Shown: in pieces, positions 18,948-29,986 of the stretch
How the letters are laid out: each line of letters starts with the position of its first letter
Position numbering within the stretch: the stretch's first letter is position 1
NCBI GenBank assembly: GCA_040882445.1
Contig: JBBEBH010000020.1
Coordinates: 43,023-107,022 of the forward strand
Reading direction: 5' to 3'
Length of the DNA stretch: 64,000 nucleotides
Origin: Ferruginibacter sp.
GTDB taxonomy: Bacteria > Bacteroidota > Bacteroidia > Chitinophagales > Chitinophagaceae
Position numbers and translations under genes: made by a program
Notes under the pieces: generated by a model
The model's input: the letters and a program-made list of their open reading frames with translations, nothing else
Told to the model about the DNA's origin: nothing
Database searches by the model: none

Positions 18948-20144
18948 ATGTTAAACATCAGCCAACGCGGGCATGAAATGCCTGCTTCCCCCATACGAAA
19001 ACTGGTTCCCTACGCAGAAGCTGCTAAGAAAAAAGGAATCAAAGTGTTCCACTTAAATATTGGTCAACCAGATATTGAAACACCTAAACTTTGTTTGGAT
19101 GCTGTAAAAAATGCCGACTTCAAAGTACTAGAATACAGCCACAGTGCAGGTAACGAAAGCTATCGAAAAAAACTGGTTGGTTATTATGCCAGTAATAGAA
19201 TTAACATTACCCCAAACGAAATCATCATTACCACGGGTGGTAGCGAAGCCATCTTATTTGGATTTATGGCGTGTTTGGATGCAGGCGACGAAGTAATTAT
19301 TCCTGAACCATTTTATGCCAACTACAACGGATTTGCTATACAAGCAGATGTAATAGTAAAACCCATCAGTAGTAGTATTGAAACTGGTTTTGCTTTACCG
19401 CCCATTGAAGAGTTTGAAAAAGCTATCACACCAAAAACAAAAGCGATCGTTGTTTGTAACCCTAACAATCCCACTGGATATTTATATAGCGAGGCTGAAA
19501 TGGAAACGCTCAAAAATATTGTGCTGAAACACAATTTGTACCTCTTTGCAGATGAAGCTTATCGAGAGTTTTGCTACGAAGGAACTCATATCAGTGCCAT
19601 GCACCTGGAAGGTGCAGAAGAACATGTAGTGTTGATGGACACCATCAGCAAGAGATACAGTGCTTGCGGCGGAAGAATTGGGGCGCTTATTACCAAAAAC
19701 AAAGCTGTGTTAAACGCCGCTATGAAGTTTGCACAAGCTAGGTTAAGCCCTCCTTTTTATGCACAGATATTGGGGGAGGCAGCAATAGATTTACCAGAAA
19801 ATTACTTCGATAATACCAAAGCAGAATACAAGCTTCGCAGAGATACCATCGTTAAAAGACTGAATGCCATGCCAGGTGTTTTTTGCCCAAATCCAGGCGG
19901 CGCATTTTATGCCATGGCTCGATTGCCAATCAGCGATAGTGATCATTTTTGCCAGTGGTTGTTAGAATCATTTAGCCATGAAGGAAAAACATTGATGCTA
20001 GCGCCCGCTACTGGTTTTTACAGTACGGTTGGGCTTGGTAAAAACGAAGTGAGACTGGCGTATGTACTTCATGTAGATGCCATTAACCAGGCTATGGATT
20101 GTTTAGAAAAAGCCCTGCAGGAATATCCCGGAAAAACTATTTAA
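18948..20144 (+). CDS. Pyridoxal-phosphate-dependent aminotransferase, class I (aspartate aminotransferase-like)
   Basis: 398 aa. MPASPIRKL, NPNNPTG, and PLP-lysine region SKRYSACGGRIG. Confidence 0.9.
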   Translation: MLNISQRGHEMPASPIRKLVPYAEAAKKKGIKVFHLNIGQPDIETPKLCLDAVKNADFKVLEYSHSAGNESYRKKLVGYYASNRINITPNEIIITTGGSEAILFGFMACLDAGDEVIIPEPFYANYNGFAIQADVIVKPISSSIETGFALPPIEEFEKAITPKTKAIVVCNPNNPTGYLYSEAEMETLKNIVLKHNLYLFADEAYREFCYEGTHISAMHLEGAEEHVVLMDTISKRYSACGGRIGALITKNKAVLNAAMKFAQARLSPPFYAQILGEAAIDLPENYFDNTKAEYKLRRDTIVKRLNAMPGVFCPNPGGAFYAMARLPISDSDHFCQWLLESFSHEGKTLMLAPATGFYSTVGLGKNEVRLAYVLHVDAINQAMDCLEKALQEYPGKTI

Positions 20145-20167
20145 TTGTTACACCATACATATTTAGC

Positions 20168-21091
20168 ATGACTGCAAATGAAGTAAATATTAGTCTAATT
20201 ATATGTACGTATAACCGTTGCCGTTACTTACCAGAAGCGTTAGAAAGCGTGCGTTTGCAACAACTTCGCTCTAGTGAATTTGAATTAATTATTGTAGACA
20301 ATAACAGTACAGATGAAACAGCAGCTATCAGTAAAGCATTTATAAATACAAACCCCACACTCAATATAAGATATTGTTTTGAGGCTAATAAGGGATTATC
20401 TTTTGCACGCAACAGAGGTATTGCAGAAGCAACATCCAACATCGTAAATTATGTAGATGACGATGCTATTTTAGATCCAGCTTATCTGCAACAGATGTTA
20501 TTTTTTTTTAAAACACACCCACAGGCTGCCGGTGCAGGAGGCAAGGTATTACCAAAATATGAAGATGGAGAAGAGCCCGTGTGGATGAACAAATACTTGT
20601 ATGGATTTATAGGGAAAGTAGATTATGGAAACAACATACAACCGTTTTCTACAAATATGAAATACCCTGTTGGTTGCAACATGGCCTGGAGAAAAGAATT
20701 GCTAGAAAAATGTGGAGGTTTTAATACTAATTTACAATTTAGGAGTGATGATAAATACATTTACCATCAGGTAATAAAAATAAATCCCGCCGTTTACTAT
20801 GTACCAGCTGCATGGTTATACCATTACATTGATACCCCCCGTTTGGAATTAAACAATTTTAAGAAGTTATTTCTAAAAACGGGTAATGAAGAAAAAATTC
20901 GTGTACAATTGGAAAGTGGAAAAGTAGCTGTAGTAAAAAAGGGAATAGAATTTTTGTTTAAAACAGTCGCAGCTTTGGGACTGTTTGTATTGTTCACATT
21001 AAAAGGTCAATATCTCAAAGGCAAATATGTGTTGATATCCCAATATTGCACTTTAAAAGGATTTTTACAAAAAGAGGTCTTCGTAAGATGA
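20168..21091 (+). CDS. Glycosyltransferase family 2
   Basis: Start moved to MTANEVNISLIICTYNR. IIVDNNSTDET and YVDDDA motifs. Confidence 0.85.
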   Translation: MTANEVNISLIICTYNRCRYLPEALESVRLQQLRSSEFELIIVDNNSTDETAAISKAFINTNPTLNIRYCFEANKGLSFARNRGIAEATSNIVNYVDDDAILDPAYLQQMLFFFKTHPQAAGAGGKVLPKYEDGEEPVWMNKYLYGFIGKVDYGNNIQPFSTNMKYPVGCNMAWRKELLEKCGGFNTNLQFRSDDKYIYHQVIKINPAVYYVPAAWLYHYIDTPRLELNNFKKLFLKTGNEEKIRVQLESGKVAVVKKGIEFLFKTVAALGLFVLFTLKGQYLKGKYVLISQYCTLKGFLQKEVFVR

Positions 21092-21120
21092 GTCACTTTT
21101 TATGTTACTTCGATTAATAT

Positions 21121-21158
21121 AAAAAGAGGATGTTTCTATGCAGAAACATCCTCTTTTT
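21121..21158. terminator. Bidirectional terminator between the GT2 gene and the convergent BNR cargo gene
   Basis: Perfect 13-bp stem agaggatgtttct / agaaacatcctct with a 4-nt loop, flanked by A-run and T-run. Confidence 0.85.
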
Positions 21159-21174
21159 ATGATAAATATGTTGG

Positions 21175-24100
21175 TTATTGTTTCACAACCGTGGTTACAA
21201 ACTGTTGTTTGCCAGCAATCACTTTAAGGTAGTAAACACCTTTGGCCAAATTGCTTCTAACATTTATTCTTTGTCTGATCAAATTAGGCATCAGAATTTG
21301 TTGAGCAACCAATCTTCCATTGGCATCCAGCAACTGCATCACACTAGATGGAGCAAAGGCTGTGCTCAGCTGAATATCAATGAAGTTGTTGAATGGATTG
21401 GATAACACTTTGATGTTACTGCTGATATTCGTTTTTAATAAAACAATGTTGCTGTATTCGAAAGAACCATCTACATCAATTTGTTTTAAACGATAATAAT
21501 TGAGCGACTGCGCCAATTCAGGATCATTGAAAACATAAGACCCAGCACCACTGCTGTTGGCAGCAGAAGAAATGAAGCCAATGGTTTTAAAATCGGTGCC
21601 ATTGTAAGCCCGTTGTAATTCAAAGCCTTTATTATTCAATTCATTTTCTGTTCTCCATTGCAATTTTGCATTTTTATTTATAAGTGCACCGTCGAATGAA
21701 ATAAGATTCACTGGCAGTATAGCTCCTACCTGACCTCTCCACATTGCGAGCCCATGCGTGCCTATTGCGAAGAAATTATCGGAAGGCCTTAAAACAAGAC
21801 TAACAACTGGTGCATTTCCAATGTCGTTGATAGCTTCCTGTGCCCATGTAATTACACCAGACATACTGGTAGTTCTATACAGCCCAATAGATGTACCTAC
21901 ATAATATTCAGTAGTGGCACCATTTTGCGCAATCATACAACTGCGAACTGATGGTGCGGTCAGGTTACCTTCTGCATTTATCCAAGTTGGGGAAGCATCT
22001 CCTGCATTGTTAGTGTACCATATGTTGAAGGTTCCGTAATTGGAGTAAACAGCCATCAGTTCGTTGTGATTGGTAGGATTTACAGCCAATCCCAATACCG
22101 TTCTAGAGCCAGACATACCAGGGGGTGTAATATCATCAGGTATTTCAGACGACGGCGCATTTTGTGGATCCGTCATTCTATACACTTTTCCACCCGAGGT
22201 GCCGAGGTACAACCTGCTGGATGAAGTATAAGTTCCTCTTGTGGTTGCCATAGACCTCACGTAGCCGCTATAGCTAAAATCCATCAACGTCCAGCTAGAA
22301 TTGGTTGCCGTAGTTGCATTGGTTAATCTTTGAATTCTATTGCTAGAACCAGAAAATAACTGACAACTATAGTAAAGGTTTTCTGTATTATCTGGGTCTA
22401 AATAAAAATAGGTAACAAATATAGAGGCGTAATTTGAATTCAAACCCGGCGGTGTGAGCGTAGCATTAAAAAAACCTGGAGCCACATTACTAGCCCGCCT
22501 GTATATCGGGCCTGATTGAGTGCCCGCAAATTGGGTATAAGGTGCAGGTCCGCTTGCGAGGCCAACAGCAACACCGTCGCCACTCAACAATTCTGAAAAA
22601 ACGTTTCCACCCCCAACTGCGCTTGTAGTTCCATTATCCTGAGCTCCCCCAAGAAAATCATTTACCCCTGTTTCTGGTTTAATGGCTACATGGTAATACT
22701 GATAACTGATGAGATTATTATTTAAGGACACCCAATTAGGAAAAGTTTGAAAAATATCCGCAACGTGAATACCCCCATCGCTTCCACTAAACAAAAGATT
22801 ATTATCTGCTGGCCCAAATTTCAATACATGAACATCTGGATGGTGGTTATTATACCTTGAATATCCACTGGTATTTGCGTACCCTCCAATTCTACTCCAG
22901 GTGAGTCCTCCATCTGTTGAACGATATGCATTGGTACCCCCAATAAATATAGTGTTTTGGTCATTAGGCTTTACCGCAATTTCAAGGTCATAGCCTCCTT
23001 GTACTGCAAATGGGTCATTGCCATTAGAACAACCGGGCTCATTAGGAAGTGTAGTAGAAAGTTCTTGCCAAATACCAAATGAATTATCGTACTTAAATAA
23101 TTCCGCTTCTGGAGCCGCAACACCCGTGCAAGAAGATGTTACATTGTTATAGTAAAGTGCGTAAACAATGTTCTCATTACTCGGAGCATAAGCAAGCACA
23201 ATTCTTCTGTAAGCATTCGCAACATTCCATTCTGGAGGAGTAGTGGCTACCCCTGTACCCGCAATATGTGTCCAATTGGTACCATCAATTGATGTCCATA
23301 ACCCATCTAATGAAGAAGGTGAATTGCCTGCAAGGCCAGCATAGATTCTGCCTGTTGGTGTCACAATTAGATCACCAACCATTGTAGTAAAACAATCTGC
23401 GGTTCCTAACACCATAGACCATGAAGTACCCCCATCGGTAGAGCGCATAACTTGCCCAACACTGGAAGCATATACGTCTCCGGTAGTTGGATGAACAATG
23501 ATTTCACTGATCAGATCTGAGCAATTATCAAACGTAAATAAAGATCCTGTGTTAGAGTTAGATAATCTCGACCAAGTTACTCCATTATCAGTTGATTTAA
23601 ATACACCATTCCCTAAGTACATTGCACCTGCTTCTGCGGCACTGTTCCCGATGGCTTCTCCGCCAGCATAGTACCAAATATTTCTAAACCCAACTCTAGG
23701 GTCCTGGGCAATAGCGGTAACAGAAAATCTTTCTGTATTAGGGCTCTGCCTGGTCCAGTTAGCTCCTCCATTTGTAGTTCTGAACACAGCGCCACTTACA
23801 CCACCGGCCAAAATAGTGTTTCCAGTTGGATCGTTCAAATCAAAAACAATTGATCTTACCCTGCCGCCTAAATTGGTAGGACCTTGTAAAACATAGGTAG
23901 TGGCAGTTGTACTATTCTGGGGTTCTGCCAATAATTGTTTTTCTAAAATTTCTTTGGCCTGTTTTAGCTCCAACTCATGAGCATTAGAAGGAATTTTACC
24001 TGTTGCCGGATCTTTTAAGAAATTATATTCTTCTTCTACTGCCTTATCAAAGTCTGCAGCAGGGCCATTTTTTATTCTGATAGGTTTGTGTTCAACGGAA

Positions 24101-24192
24101 TTGGGTAGTAAGTTCATATTGCTTCTCACCAGTAAAAAAGCAGCTGTTATTGCTGTTAAAACAAGAAACGCAGAAAATAAATTTTTTATCAT
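21175..24192 (-). CDS. BNR/sortilin-type beta-propeller repeat protein with a T9SS type A C-terminal sorting domain
   Basis: 1005 aa with a signal or anchor peptide. Repeated SxDxGxxW motifs (TTNGGANW, STDNGVTW, STDGGTSW, STDGGLTW). C-terminus NPFNNFIDIQL...GVYYLKV...VKQ is typical of type A CTDs. Confidence 0.85.
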   Translation of the reverse strand: MIKNLFSAFLVLTAITAAFLLVRSNMNLLPNSVEHKPIRIKNGPAADFDKAVEEEYNFLKDPATGKIPSNAHELELKQAKEILEKQLLAEPQNSTTATTYVLQGPTNLGGRVRSIVFDLNDPTGNTILAGGVSGAVFRTTNGGANWTRQSPNTERFSVTAIAQDPRVGFRNIWYYAGGEAIGNSAAEAGAMYLGNGVFKSTDNGVTWSRLSNSNTGSLFTFDNCSDLISEIIVHPTTGDVYASSVGQVMRSTDGGTSWSMVLGTADCFTTMVGDLIVTPTGRIYAGLAGNSPSSLDGLWTSIDGTNWTHIAGTGVATTPPEWNVANAYRRIVLAYAPSNENIVYALYYNNVTSSCTGVAAPEAELFKYDNSFGIWQELSTTLPNEPGCSNGNDPFAVQGGYDLEIAVKPNDQNTIFIGGTNAYRSTDGGLTWSRIGGYANTSGYSRYNNHHPDVHVLKFGPADNNLLFSGSDGGIHVADIFQTFPNWVSLNNNLISYQYYHVAIKPETGVNDFLGGAQDNGTTSAVGGGNVFSELLSGDGVAVGLASGPAPYTQFAGTQSGPIYRRASNVAPGFFNATLTPPGLNSNYASIFVTYFYLDPDNTENLYYSCQLFSGSSNRIQRLTNATTATNSSWTLMDFSYSGYVRSMATTRGTYTSSSRLYLGTSGGKVYRMTDPQNAPSSEIPDDITPPGMSGSRTVLGLAVNPTNHNELMAVYSNYGTFNIWYTNNAGDASPTWINAEGNLTAPSVRSCMIAQNGATTEYYVGTSIGLYRTTSMSGVITWAQEAINDIGNAPVVSLVLRPSDNFFAIGTHGLAMWRGQVGAILPVNLISFDGALINKNAKLQWRTENELNNKGFELQRAYNGTDFKTIGFISSAANSSGAGSYVFNDPELAQSLNYYRLKQIDVDGSFEYSNIVLLKTNISSNIKVLSNPFNNFIDIQLSTAFAPSSVMQLLDANGRLVAQQILMPNLIRQRINVRSNLAKGVYYLKVIAGKQQFVTTVVKQ

Positions 24193-24522
24193 AAAAGTTA
24201 ATTTGTTTCGATCAGTTTTTTAATTAAGTTAAAAATACAGCCATTTTTTTATTTACGTATCAAAAAAGAGTTTATTTATTCGCCAACTTCATACGAATCG
24301 CTACCTCTGTTTTGCTTCAAAAAGCTATATCAATATTCCTGAGACTCTCTGACTTTAATCATCCATTTTAAATTAGTTATTTCATATACTTTGACCATTA
24401 TCAGGAATAAGGTAGATATAGATTCTTTTTATTTCAATTTAAGAATAGCTTGGTATTTTTATGTGGTAAAATTTAAACAGTACAATTTTATCAATGAATT
24501 TTTAAAAGCATATTTTCAAGTT

Positions 24523-25101
24523 ATGATTAGAAGACTTTGCTTATTCATCTTTAAAATAACTGGGTGGAAGGCCGATACCGAAATTCCTACTCAAACCAAC
24601 AAATGCATCATCATTGCAGCACCACATACCAGCAATTGGGATTTCTGGTATTGCATGGCCACCTTTGCCATTTATAGATTACCCATCAGGTTTACTGTAA
24701 AAAAAGAATGGATGAAATTTCCTTTTAGTTTGTTGATGAAACCATTGGGTGGTATCGCCATCGATCGTAGTCCTAGAGGACCCAATAATGTTAGACCAAG
24801 TTTTGTAGAAGCCATGACGAACCTCTTCAACGAGCATGAAAAACTCATCATCGTTTTTACTCCAGAAGGAACTAGGAGTAAGAACGCCGAGTGGAAAACA
24901 GGTTTTTACCATGTGGCCAAAGCTGCAAGAGTTCCCATCTGCATGGGCTATGTAGATTATGGAAAAAAAACAACGGGAATCTGTCATCCTTTTGAAACAA
25001 CTGATTATAAAACCGACATGAAAAAAATGATGGATTTTTACCAAACAATTGAAGCAAAATTTCCGGAAAAATTTGCAATTGACAGATCAGTGTTTTCCTA
25101 A
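24523..25101 (+). CDS. 1-acyl-sn-glycerol-3-phosphate acyltransferase family protein (PlsC-like)
   Basis: Start moved to MIRRLCLF. HxxxxD block APHTSNWD and block III FTPEGTRS. Confidence 0.8.
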   Translation: MIRRLCLFIFKITGWKADTEIPTQTNKCIIIAAPHTSNWDFWYCMATFAIYRLPIRFTVKKEWMKFPFSLLMKPLGGIAIDRSPRGPNNVRPSFVEAMTNLFNEHEKLIIVFTPEGTRSKNAEWKTGFYHVAKAARVPICMGYVDYGKKTTGICHPFETTDYKTDMKKMMDFYQTIEAKFPEKFAIDRSVFS

Positions 25102-25113
25102 GTATATCAGTTA

Positions 25114-26334
25114 TTATATCGCTACTACTTTTTGTGCACTAAGGTCAGACCCTTTAAAAAGATACCGCCCCAGCAGCAAACAAGCCACCAGAATTAACAC
25201 GCTACCATATCCCAACCAGGGATAATGAAGAATTTTTCCATCGGTATCTTTGTCTACAATATAGCCTGCCAACAAAGAAGCCAGCCCAGATCCAAATTGT
25301 TGAATGCTGCTATTGAAACTCATAAAACTCCCTCTGTGTTTGGGCTCAACTACATTGCTCAACATCGCTTGAGCGGTTACACCCCTACCTGTTGCAAATG
25401 CAAACCAAATTGCAAAGAGGGTGAGCAATAAAAAGATAGATACGGCAGGTAAATTGGTAATGATGATGACCAACGGTAAGCTAAAAAAAATGCAGATATT
25501 AAAGATTTTGTATTTCCCTATCCGATCGCTTAAAGACCCTAGAACATTGGCTGATATGAAAGCGGCTATACCTCCCGCCAAATAAATCAGCGGCGTTTCT
25601 TGTTTGCTATAACCATTATTAAACTCCATATACGGATTGATGAAAGGAATGATCAAAAAGTGACCCATCATGATCAATCCACTAAACAAAAGCGACAATA
25701 TTAACTTTCTCTCTTTAAATATTACGTGCAGCGCTTCAAAGGGTGAATCTTTAGCGGCTCGGTTAAATAAATGAGCATCCATTTTGGGTATAAACTTGAT
25801 CAAAAGCGGCACTAAGATAAAACCCAATATTGCTACTAAAATAAAAGGTGCATGCCAGCTAATCATGTTGGCCAGGTACAAAGAAAAAGGAACACCAAAT
25901 GTACTTGCTATCGCAAATGCACTCATCACAATACCCATAGCTTTACCTCTTACGTTGTAAGGAAAAATATCAGACACTATAGATAATACCTGCGCTCCGA
26001 TGAGGCCACCAAATAAACCTGCTATTATTCTTGCGGTTAACAACAAGCCATAAGTGGGTGCTATTCCGCAAGCAAATGATCCAATCAAAAATCCACAGTA
26101 TCCAAAAAGCAGTACTTTTTTTCGATCGAACTGGTCTACAAAAAAAGCGGCACTAAATCCAGAGGCTGCTGCACTAAAAGTATAGGCACTAACCAAAAAA
26201 CTAAACTGCGTCGTACTAATATCAAAATAAGGCATCAGGTAATTACCCAATGGCATCATGATCATGAAGTCTAAAATATGAGTAAAGTTAACGGCAGCCA
26301 GTAAGAGCAAAATGAAACGTTCTTGTTTTTTCAT
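25114..26334 (-). CDS. MFS transporter
   Basis: 406 aa, about 12 hydrophobic segments, and a DRKKV loop after TM2 typical of MFS. Confidence 0.85.
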   Translation of the reverse strand: MKKQERFILLLLAAVNFTHILDFMIMMPLGNYLMPYFDISTTQFSFLVSAYTFSAAASGFSAAFFVDQFDRKKVLLFGYCGFLIGSFACGIAPTYGLLLTARIIAGLFGGLIGAQVLSIVSDIFPYNVRGKAMGIVMSAFAIASTFGVPFSLYLANMISWHAPFILVAILGFILVPLLIKFIPKMDAHLFNRAAKDSPFEALHVIFKERKLILSLLFSGLIMMGHFLIIPFINPYMEFNNGYSKQETPLIYLAGGIAAFISANVLGSLSDRIGKYKIFNICIFFSLPLVIIITNLPAVSIFLLLTLFAIWFAFATGRGVTAQAMLSNVVEPKHRGSFMSFNSSIQQFGSGLASLLAGYIVDKDTDGKILHYPWLGYGSVLILVACLLLGRYLFKGSDLSAQKVVAI

Positions 26335-26350
26335 TCAGTAAATTAATTGG

Positions 26351-26358
26351 CAAAGTTA
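26351..26358 (-). promoter_or_regulatory. Candidate -7 box TAACTTTG (minus strand) for the MFS gene
   Basis: TAnnTTTG match ending 16 nt upstream of the ATG at 26334. Confidence 0.5.
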
Positions 26359-26399
26359 AATAAGAACCTATGCTCCAGAATATAAAATATGCTACAACT

Positions 26400-26440
26400 A
26401 AAAATGCATCTACCAGCATAGATGTGATAGATGCATTTTT
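26400..26440 (-). terminator. Terminator after the S9 peptidase gene
   Basis: Perfect 13-bp stem aaaaatgcatcta / tagatgcattttt with a 15-nt loop that can itself pair. Confidence 0.75.
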
Positions 26441-26492
26441 AATTTTATGTATCAATAACAAAGATTTTCTTTATTACACCCCATCCACTTTA

Positions 26493-28664
26493 TTATTTTG
26501 CACCTGGGTTACAATTTTCTTTCAAGAACTTGGTATAGAGCGTAGTTAGGTGCTGTTGTGTACCTGCACCCTCATTGATGCTATGGGTTCTATTGGGATA
26601 AGTCATCAGCTGAAATTGTTTGTTGTTTTTTACAAGCTCATTAATCAATACCTCTGCATTGCTGTAATGCACATTATCGTCACCTGTTCCATGTATATAA
26701 AGCAAATTACCTTTCAAGCCTTTCACATGACTCAATGGAGATCCTGTTACAAAGTCGGCCATATTTTCCTGAGGTAAACCCATATATCTTTCCTGATAAA
26801 TATTGTCGTAAAATAATTGGTTGGCTAACGCTGCAATTGAGATACCGGTTTGAAATATTTCGGGATAACGGAACATAAGATTAAGGGTAGATGAACCGCC
26901 CCCACTCCAACCCCAAACGGCTACTCTCAACTTATCCATATACGGTAAGTCGAGGATTTTTTTTGCTCCATTCGCCATGTCTTTGATATTAATATCCCCA
27001 ATCTTTCGATAAATGGCTTTACGCCAGCCTGCACCCTTTAATGCCGGTGTACCCCTGTTATCTAAACCAACTTGCACATATCCATCTGCAGCCATATTTC
27101 CACTGTACAAAAAGTTGGAATGATTCCCATAACTGTCGTCGATAGTAGTGGCAGCAGGTTCTCCATACACATAAAATACCACTGGGTATTTTTTTGTAGG
27201 ATCAAAATTTGCCGGCTTGTTGATCCATGCATCCAGTAAGATATTGTCTTCAGTGGTCACCTTTATATATTCTACATTTATGGCTACATCCGTTTTTAAA
27301 TTTGCTGCAATACTTTTAGAAGCATTCAATGGTTTGTGATCTGGCAAACTAATAAACTCTGTAACAGGAAACGTATTGTGATTGCTAAAACTATGTTTTG
27401 CCAATTTTGCATTGGGAGAAATCATATACTGATGTGTACCTTTTAAAGCAGCAGGCGAAACCAATTCTGGTTCGTCTTTTGGATTATTGATTCGCACCCT
27501 ATACAAATACCGTTGTGTAGCATTGTTGGGTGAAGCATCAAAATACACATAATTACCTGGCTCATCAATGGCAAGTATTTTCCCAATATCGTAGTTGCCT
27601 TTTGTAACAAGGCTCAACGTTTTACCATCTCTGCTAATTTTATAAATATGTCTCCAGCCATCTTTTTCACTTACCCATAAAAACTCCTGCCCTTTGTTGA
27701 TCCAATTCCATCCAACCGGATTATCGGTATTTAAATCTACCCATGCATCATCATTTTCTGCCCAAAAAGTAAAGCTAGTGCCGTCGGATGTTTTACAGTA
27801 GATCAATCTACTTTCCTGCTGTTTACGATCTAATTGTTGAACAATAAGTTCATTGTTTGCACTCCATTCCATTCTTGTTAAATAATGCTGCGCAGGGTTA
27901 CCATCGATGTTCATCCAACGAATATATCCTCCATTTAAATTAACCACACCAATTCTTGCAAGAGAAGGCGCCTCACCTACTTTTGGATATTCCACTGGTA
28001 TTATGGTTGAATAGTTAGCATCAGTGGTATTAAGCATGAAATAATCTTTGATCTTTGTAGCGTCAATTTGCCAGAATGCAATAGAAGTTCCATCTGGGCT
28101 CCACCTAAAACCGTCTCTGCAACCAAATTCTTCTTCATACACCCAATCAAATGTACCATTGATGAGTTTTCTGGTGCCATCCGTGGTCAGTTTTCTGATC
28201 TGCCCACTGCTAACATCCTCCACATATAAATTATGCCCACTCACATAAGCCACATACCTACTGTTGGGCGAAAATTTGGCAAACATCAACGATTGAGTTG
28301 GCAAGCCCTTACCCAGTTGTTTGAGCTGATTGCCCTCAACGGTATTTAATACCCAGTAATCTCCACGGGTATTGTAGCGCCAAACTTTTGCAGTATTAAC
28401 GAACAAGAGTACTTTGTTTTTATCGTTGCTATAATCAAACGACTGCACCTTTAAAGGTGCATCACTATCAGTAGGCGTCAGCAAATCTTTATCAATCACA
28501 GTGCTGCTAGTTTCTGTTTTTAGATCGGTTTTTACAATAGCACCCGCTTTAAAACTATAGTACCCTAAACCATCCGGCGTCCAATTAATATCTCTTTGTT
28601 GTGCAAAGCCAGCATGAGCGAAAAGAAGTATAAAAGACAGTAAAAAACGAAAACGACTATTCAT
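26493..28664 (-). CDS. S9 family peptidase, dipeptidyl-peptidase IV-like
   Basis: Start moved to MNSRFRFLLSFILLFAHAGFAQ (signal peptide). N-terminal beta-propeller region. Nucleophile elbow WGWSGGGS, and HGTGDDNV and H residues in the C-terminal hydrolase fold. Confidence 0.9.
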   Translation of the reverse strand: MNSRFRFLLSFILLFAHAGFAQQRDINWTPDGLGYYSFKAGAIVKTDLKTETSSTVIDKDLLTPTDSDAPLKVQSFDYSNDKNKVLLFVNTAKVWRYNTRGDYWVLNTVEGNQLKQLGKGLPTQSLMFAKFSPNSRYVAYVSGHNLYVEDVSSGQIRKLTTDGTRKLINGTFDWVYEEEFGCRDGFRWSPDGTSIAFWQIDATKIKDYFMLNTTDANYSTIIPVEYPKVGEAPSLARIGVVNLNGGYIRWMNIDGNPAQHYLTRMEWSANNELIVQQLDRKQQESRLIYCKTSDGTSFTFWAENDDAWVDLNTDNPVGWNWINKGQEFLWVSEKDGWRHIYKISRDGKTLSLVTKGNYDIGKILAIDEPGNYVYFDASPNNATQRYLYRVRINNPKDEPELVSPAALKGTHQYMISPNAKLAKHSFSNHNTFPVTEFISLPDHKPLNASKSIAANLKTDVAINVEYIKVTTEDNILLDAWINKPANFDPTKKYPVVFYVYGEPAATTIDDSYGNHSNFLYSGNMAADGYVQVGLDNRGTPALKGAGWRKAIYRKIGDINIKDMANGAKKILDLPYMDKLRVAVWGWSGGGSSTLNLMFRYPEIFQTGISIAALANQLFYDNIYQERYMGLPQENMADFVTGSPLSHVKGLKGNLLYIHGTGDDNVHYSNAEVLINELVKNNKQFQLMTYPNRTHSINEGAGTQQHLTTLYTKFLKENCNPGAK

Positions 28665-28783
28665 ACAAATATTTTTTATATGCCCTAAAATTAAGGAAAT
28701 ATGCCGATGCTTTTGATCTGATGCTGTTAAAAGCATGGTATATCGTAAAATGAAAGTAATTTTGAATTTTATATCAAGCATAG

Positions 28784-29170
28784 ATGCAAACAGAAAAAAT
28801 AAGACTCGACAAATACCTCTGGAGCATACGACTTTTTAAAACAAGAAGTTTGGCGTCCGATGCCTGTGAAAAGGGAAAGGTAAAATACCAAGGTGCCTCT
28901 GCAAAAGCTTCCCGCAATGTAAACATCAACGATGAGTATGAAGTAAAAACAGAAGGGAAAAAATGGCTGATCAAAGTAATCGGCGTCATATCAAACAGGG
29001 TGCAATACAGTGAAGCCATCCAAAATTATTTAGATATTACACCGGCTGAAGAAATTGAAAGGATACAGTTTCAAGCAGCCAGTTTTCATACCGGTAAGCG
29101 ACTCAGTAAAGTAGGAAGACCTACAAAAAAACAAAAAAGAGACCTCGACGGATTCGTGAGCGGAGAATAA
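28784..29170 (+). CDS. hslR: S4-domain RNA-binding protein (Hsp15/HslR-like)
   Basis: 128 aa. [20 protein letters not shown]4 signature and a basic C-terminal tail. Confidence 0.75.
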   Translation: MQTEKIRLDKYLWSIRLFKTRSLASDACEKGKVKYQGASAKASRNVNINDEYEVKTEGKKWLIKVIGVISNRVQYSEAIQNYLDITPAEEIERIQFQAASFHTGKRLSKVGRPTKKQKRDLDGFVSGE

Positions 29171-29199
29171 TTTTTAGAAGTAGAAAAAGTAATACCATT

Positions 29200-29880
29200 A
29201 TGCAGATAGACATCATTTCTGTTGTACCAGACTTATTACAATCTCCCTTTGCACACTCCATTATGAAGCGTGCACAAACCAAAGGTTTGCTGTTGGTGAA
29301 TGTGATCAATGTAAGAGATTATACTCCCTTTGCCAGAGCGCAAGTTGATGATTATCCATTTGGGGGTGGTGCAGGCATGGTGATGATGGCGGAGCCCTTG
29401 GTAAATGCCATTGAAGCATTACAAAAAGAACGCAGTTATGATGAAGTGATTTATTTGAGTCCCGACGGCGAAACTTTTAACCAACAAATAGCCAATCAAC
29501 TCTCCTTAAAAAATAACTTGATGATGATTTGCGGTCATTACAAAGGAATTGACCAGCGAGTAAGGGATCATTTTATTACCCGTGAAATTTCGATAGGAGA
29601 TTACGTATTGAGCGGCGGAGAACTGGCAGCCGCTGTTTTAACTGATGCCATTGGGCGCCTTATACCAGGTGTACTGAATGACGAAACCTCTGCGCTCAGC
29701 GATTCTTTTCAGGATAATTTACTCGCCCCTCCTGTGTATACTAGGCCAGAAAATTTTAGAGGCTGGACGGTGCCTGATATACTACTCAGCGGCAATCACA
29801 AAAATATAGATGAGTGGAGGCACGAACAATCGCTTCAACATACTAAAAACAGAAGACCAGATTTACTGAAAAAAAAATAA
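29200..29880 (+). CDS. trmD: tRNA (guanine37-N1)-methyltransferase
   Basis: 226 aa. [13 protein letters not shown] start, GGGAGMVM, and [12 protein letters not shown]...[11 protein letters not shown]. Confidence 0.95.
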   Translation: MQIDIISVVPDLLQSPFAHSIMKRAQTKGLLLVNVINVRDYTPFARAQVDDYPFGGGAGMVMMAEPLVNAIEALQKERSYDEVIYLSPDGETFNQQIANQLSLKNNLMMICGHYKGIDQRVRDHFITREISIGDYVLSGGELAAAVLTDAIGRLIPGVLNDETSALSDSFQDNLLAPPVYTRPENFRGWTVPDILLSGNHKNIDEWRHEQSLQHTKNRRPDLLKKK

Positions 29881-29885
29881 ACAAA

Positions 29886-29911
29886 AATGCCTCCCAAAAG
29901 GAGGCATTCTT
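29886..29911 (+). terminator. Rho-independent terminator after trmD
   Basis: aatgcctcc caaaa ggaggcatt followed by a T-rich tract. Confidence 0.7.
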
Positions 29912-29986
29912 CATAAAGATTCATATCAAAAATTTGAAAGAAAATAGAAACCCTCGTAAACAGGCCTTCCTTCCTTCATTCAATAA

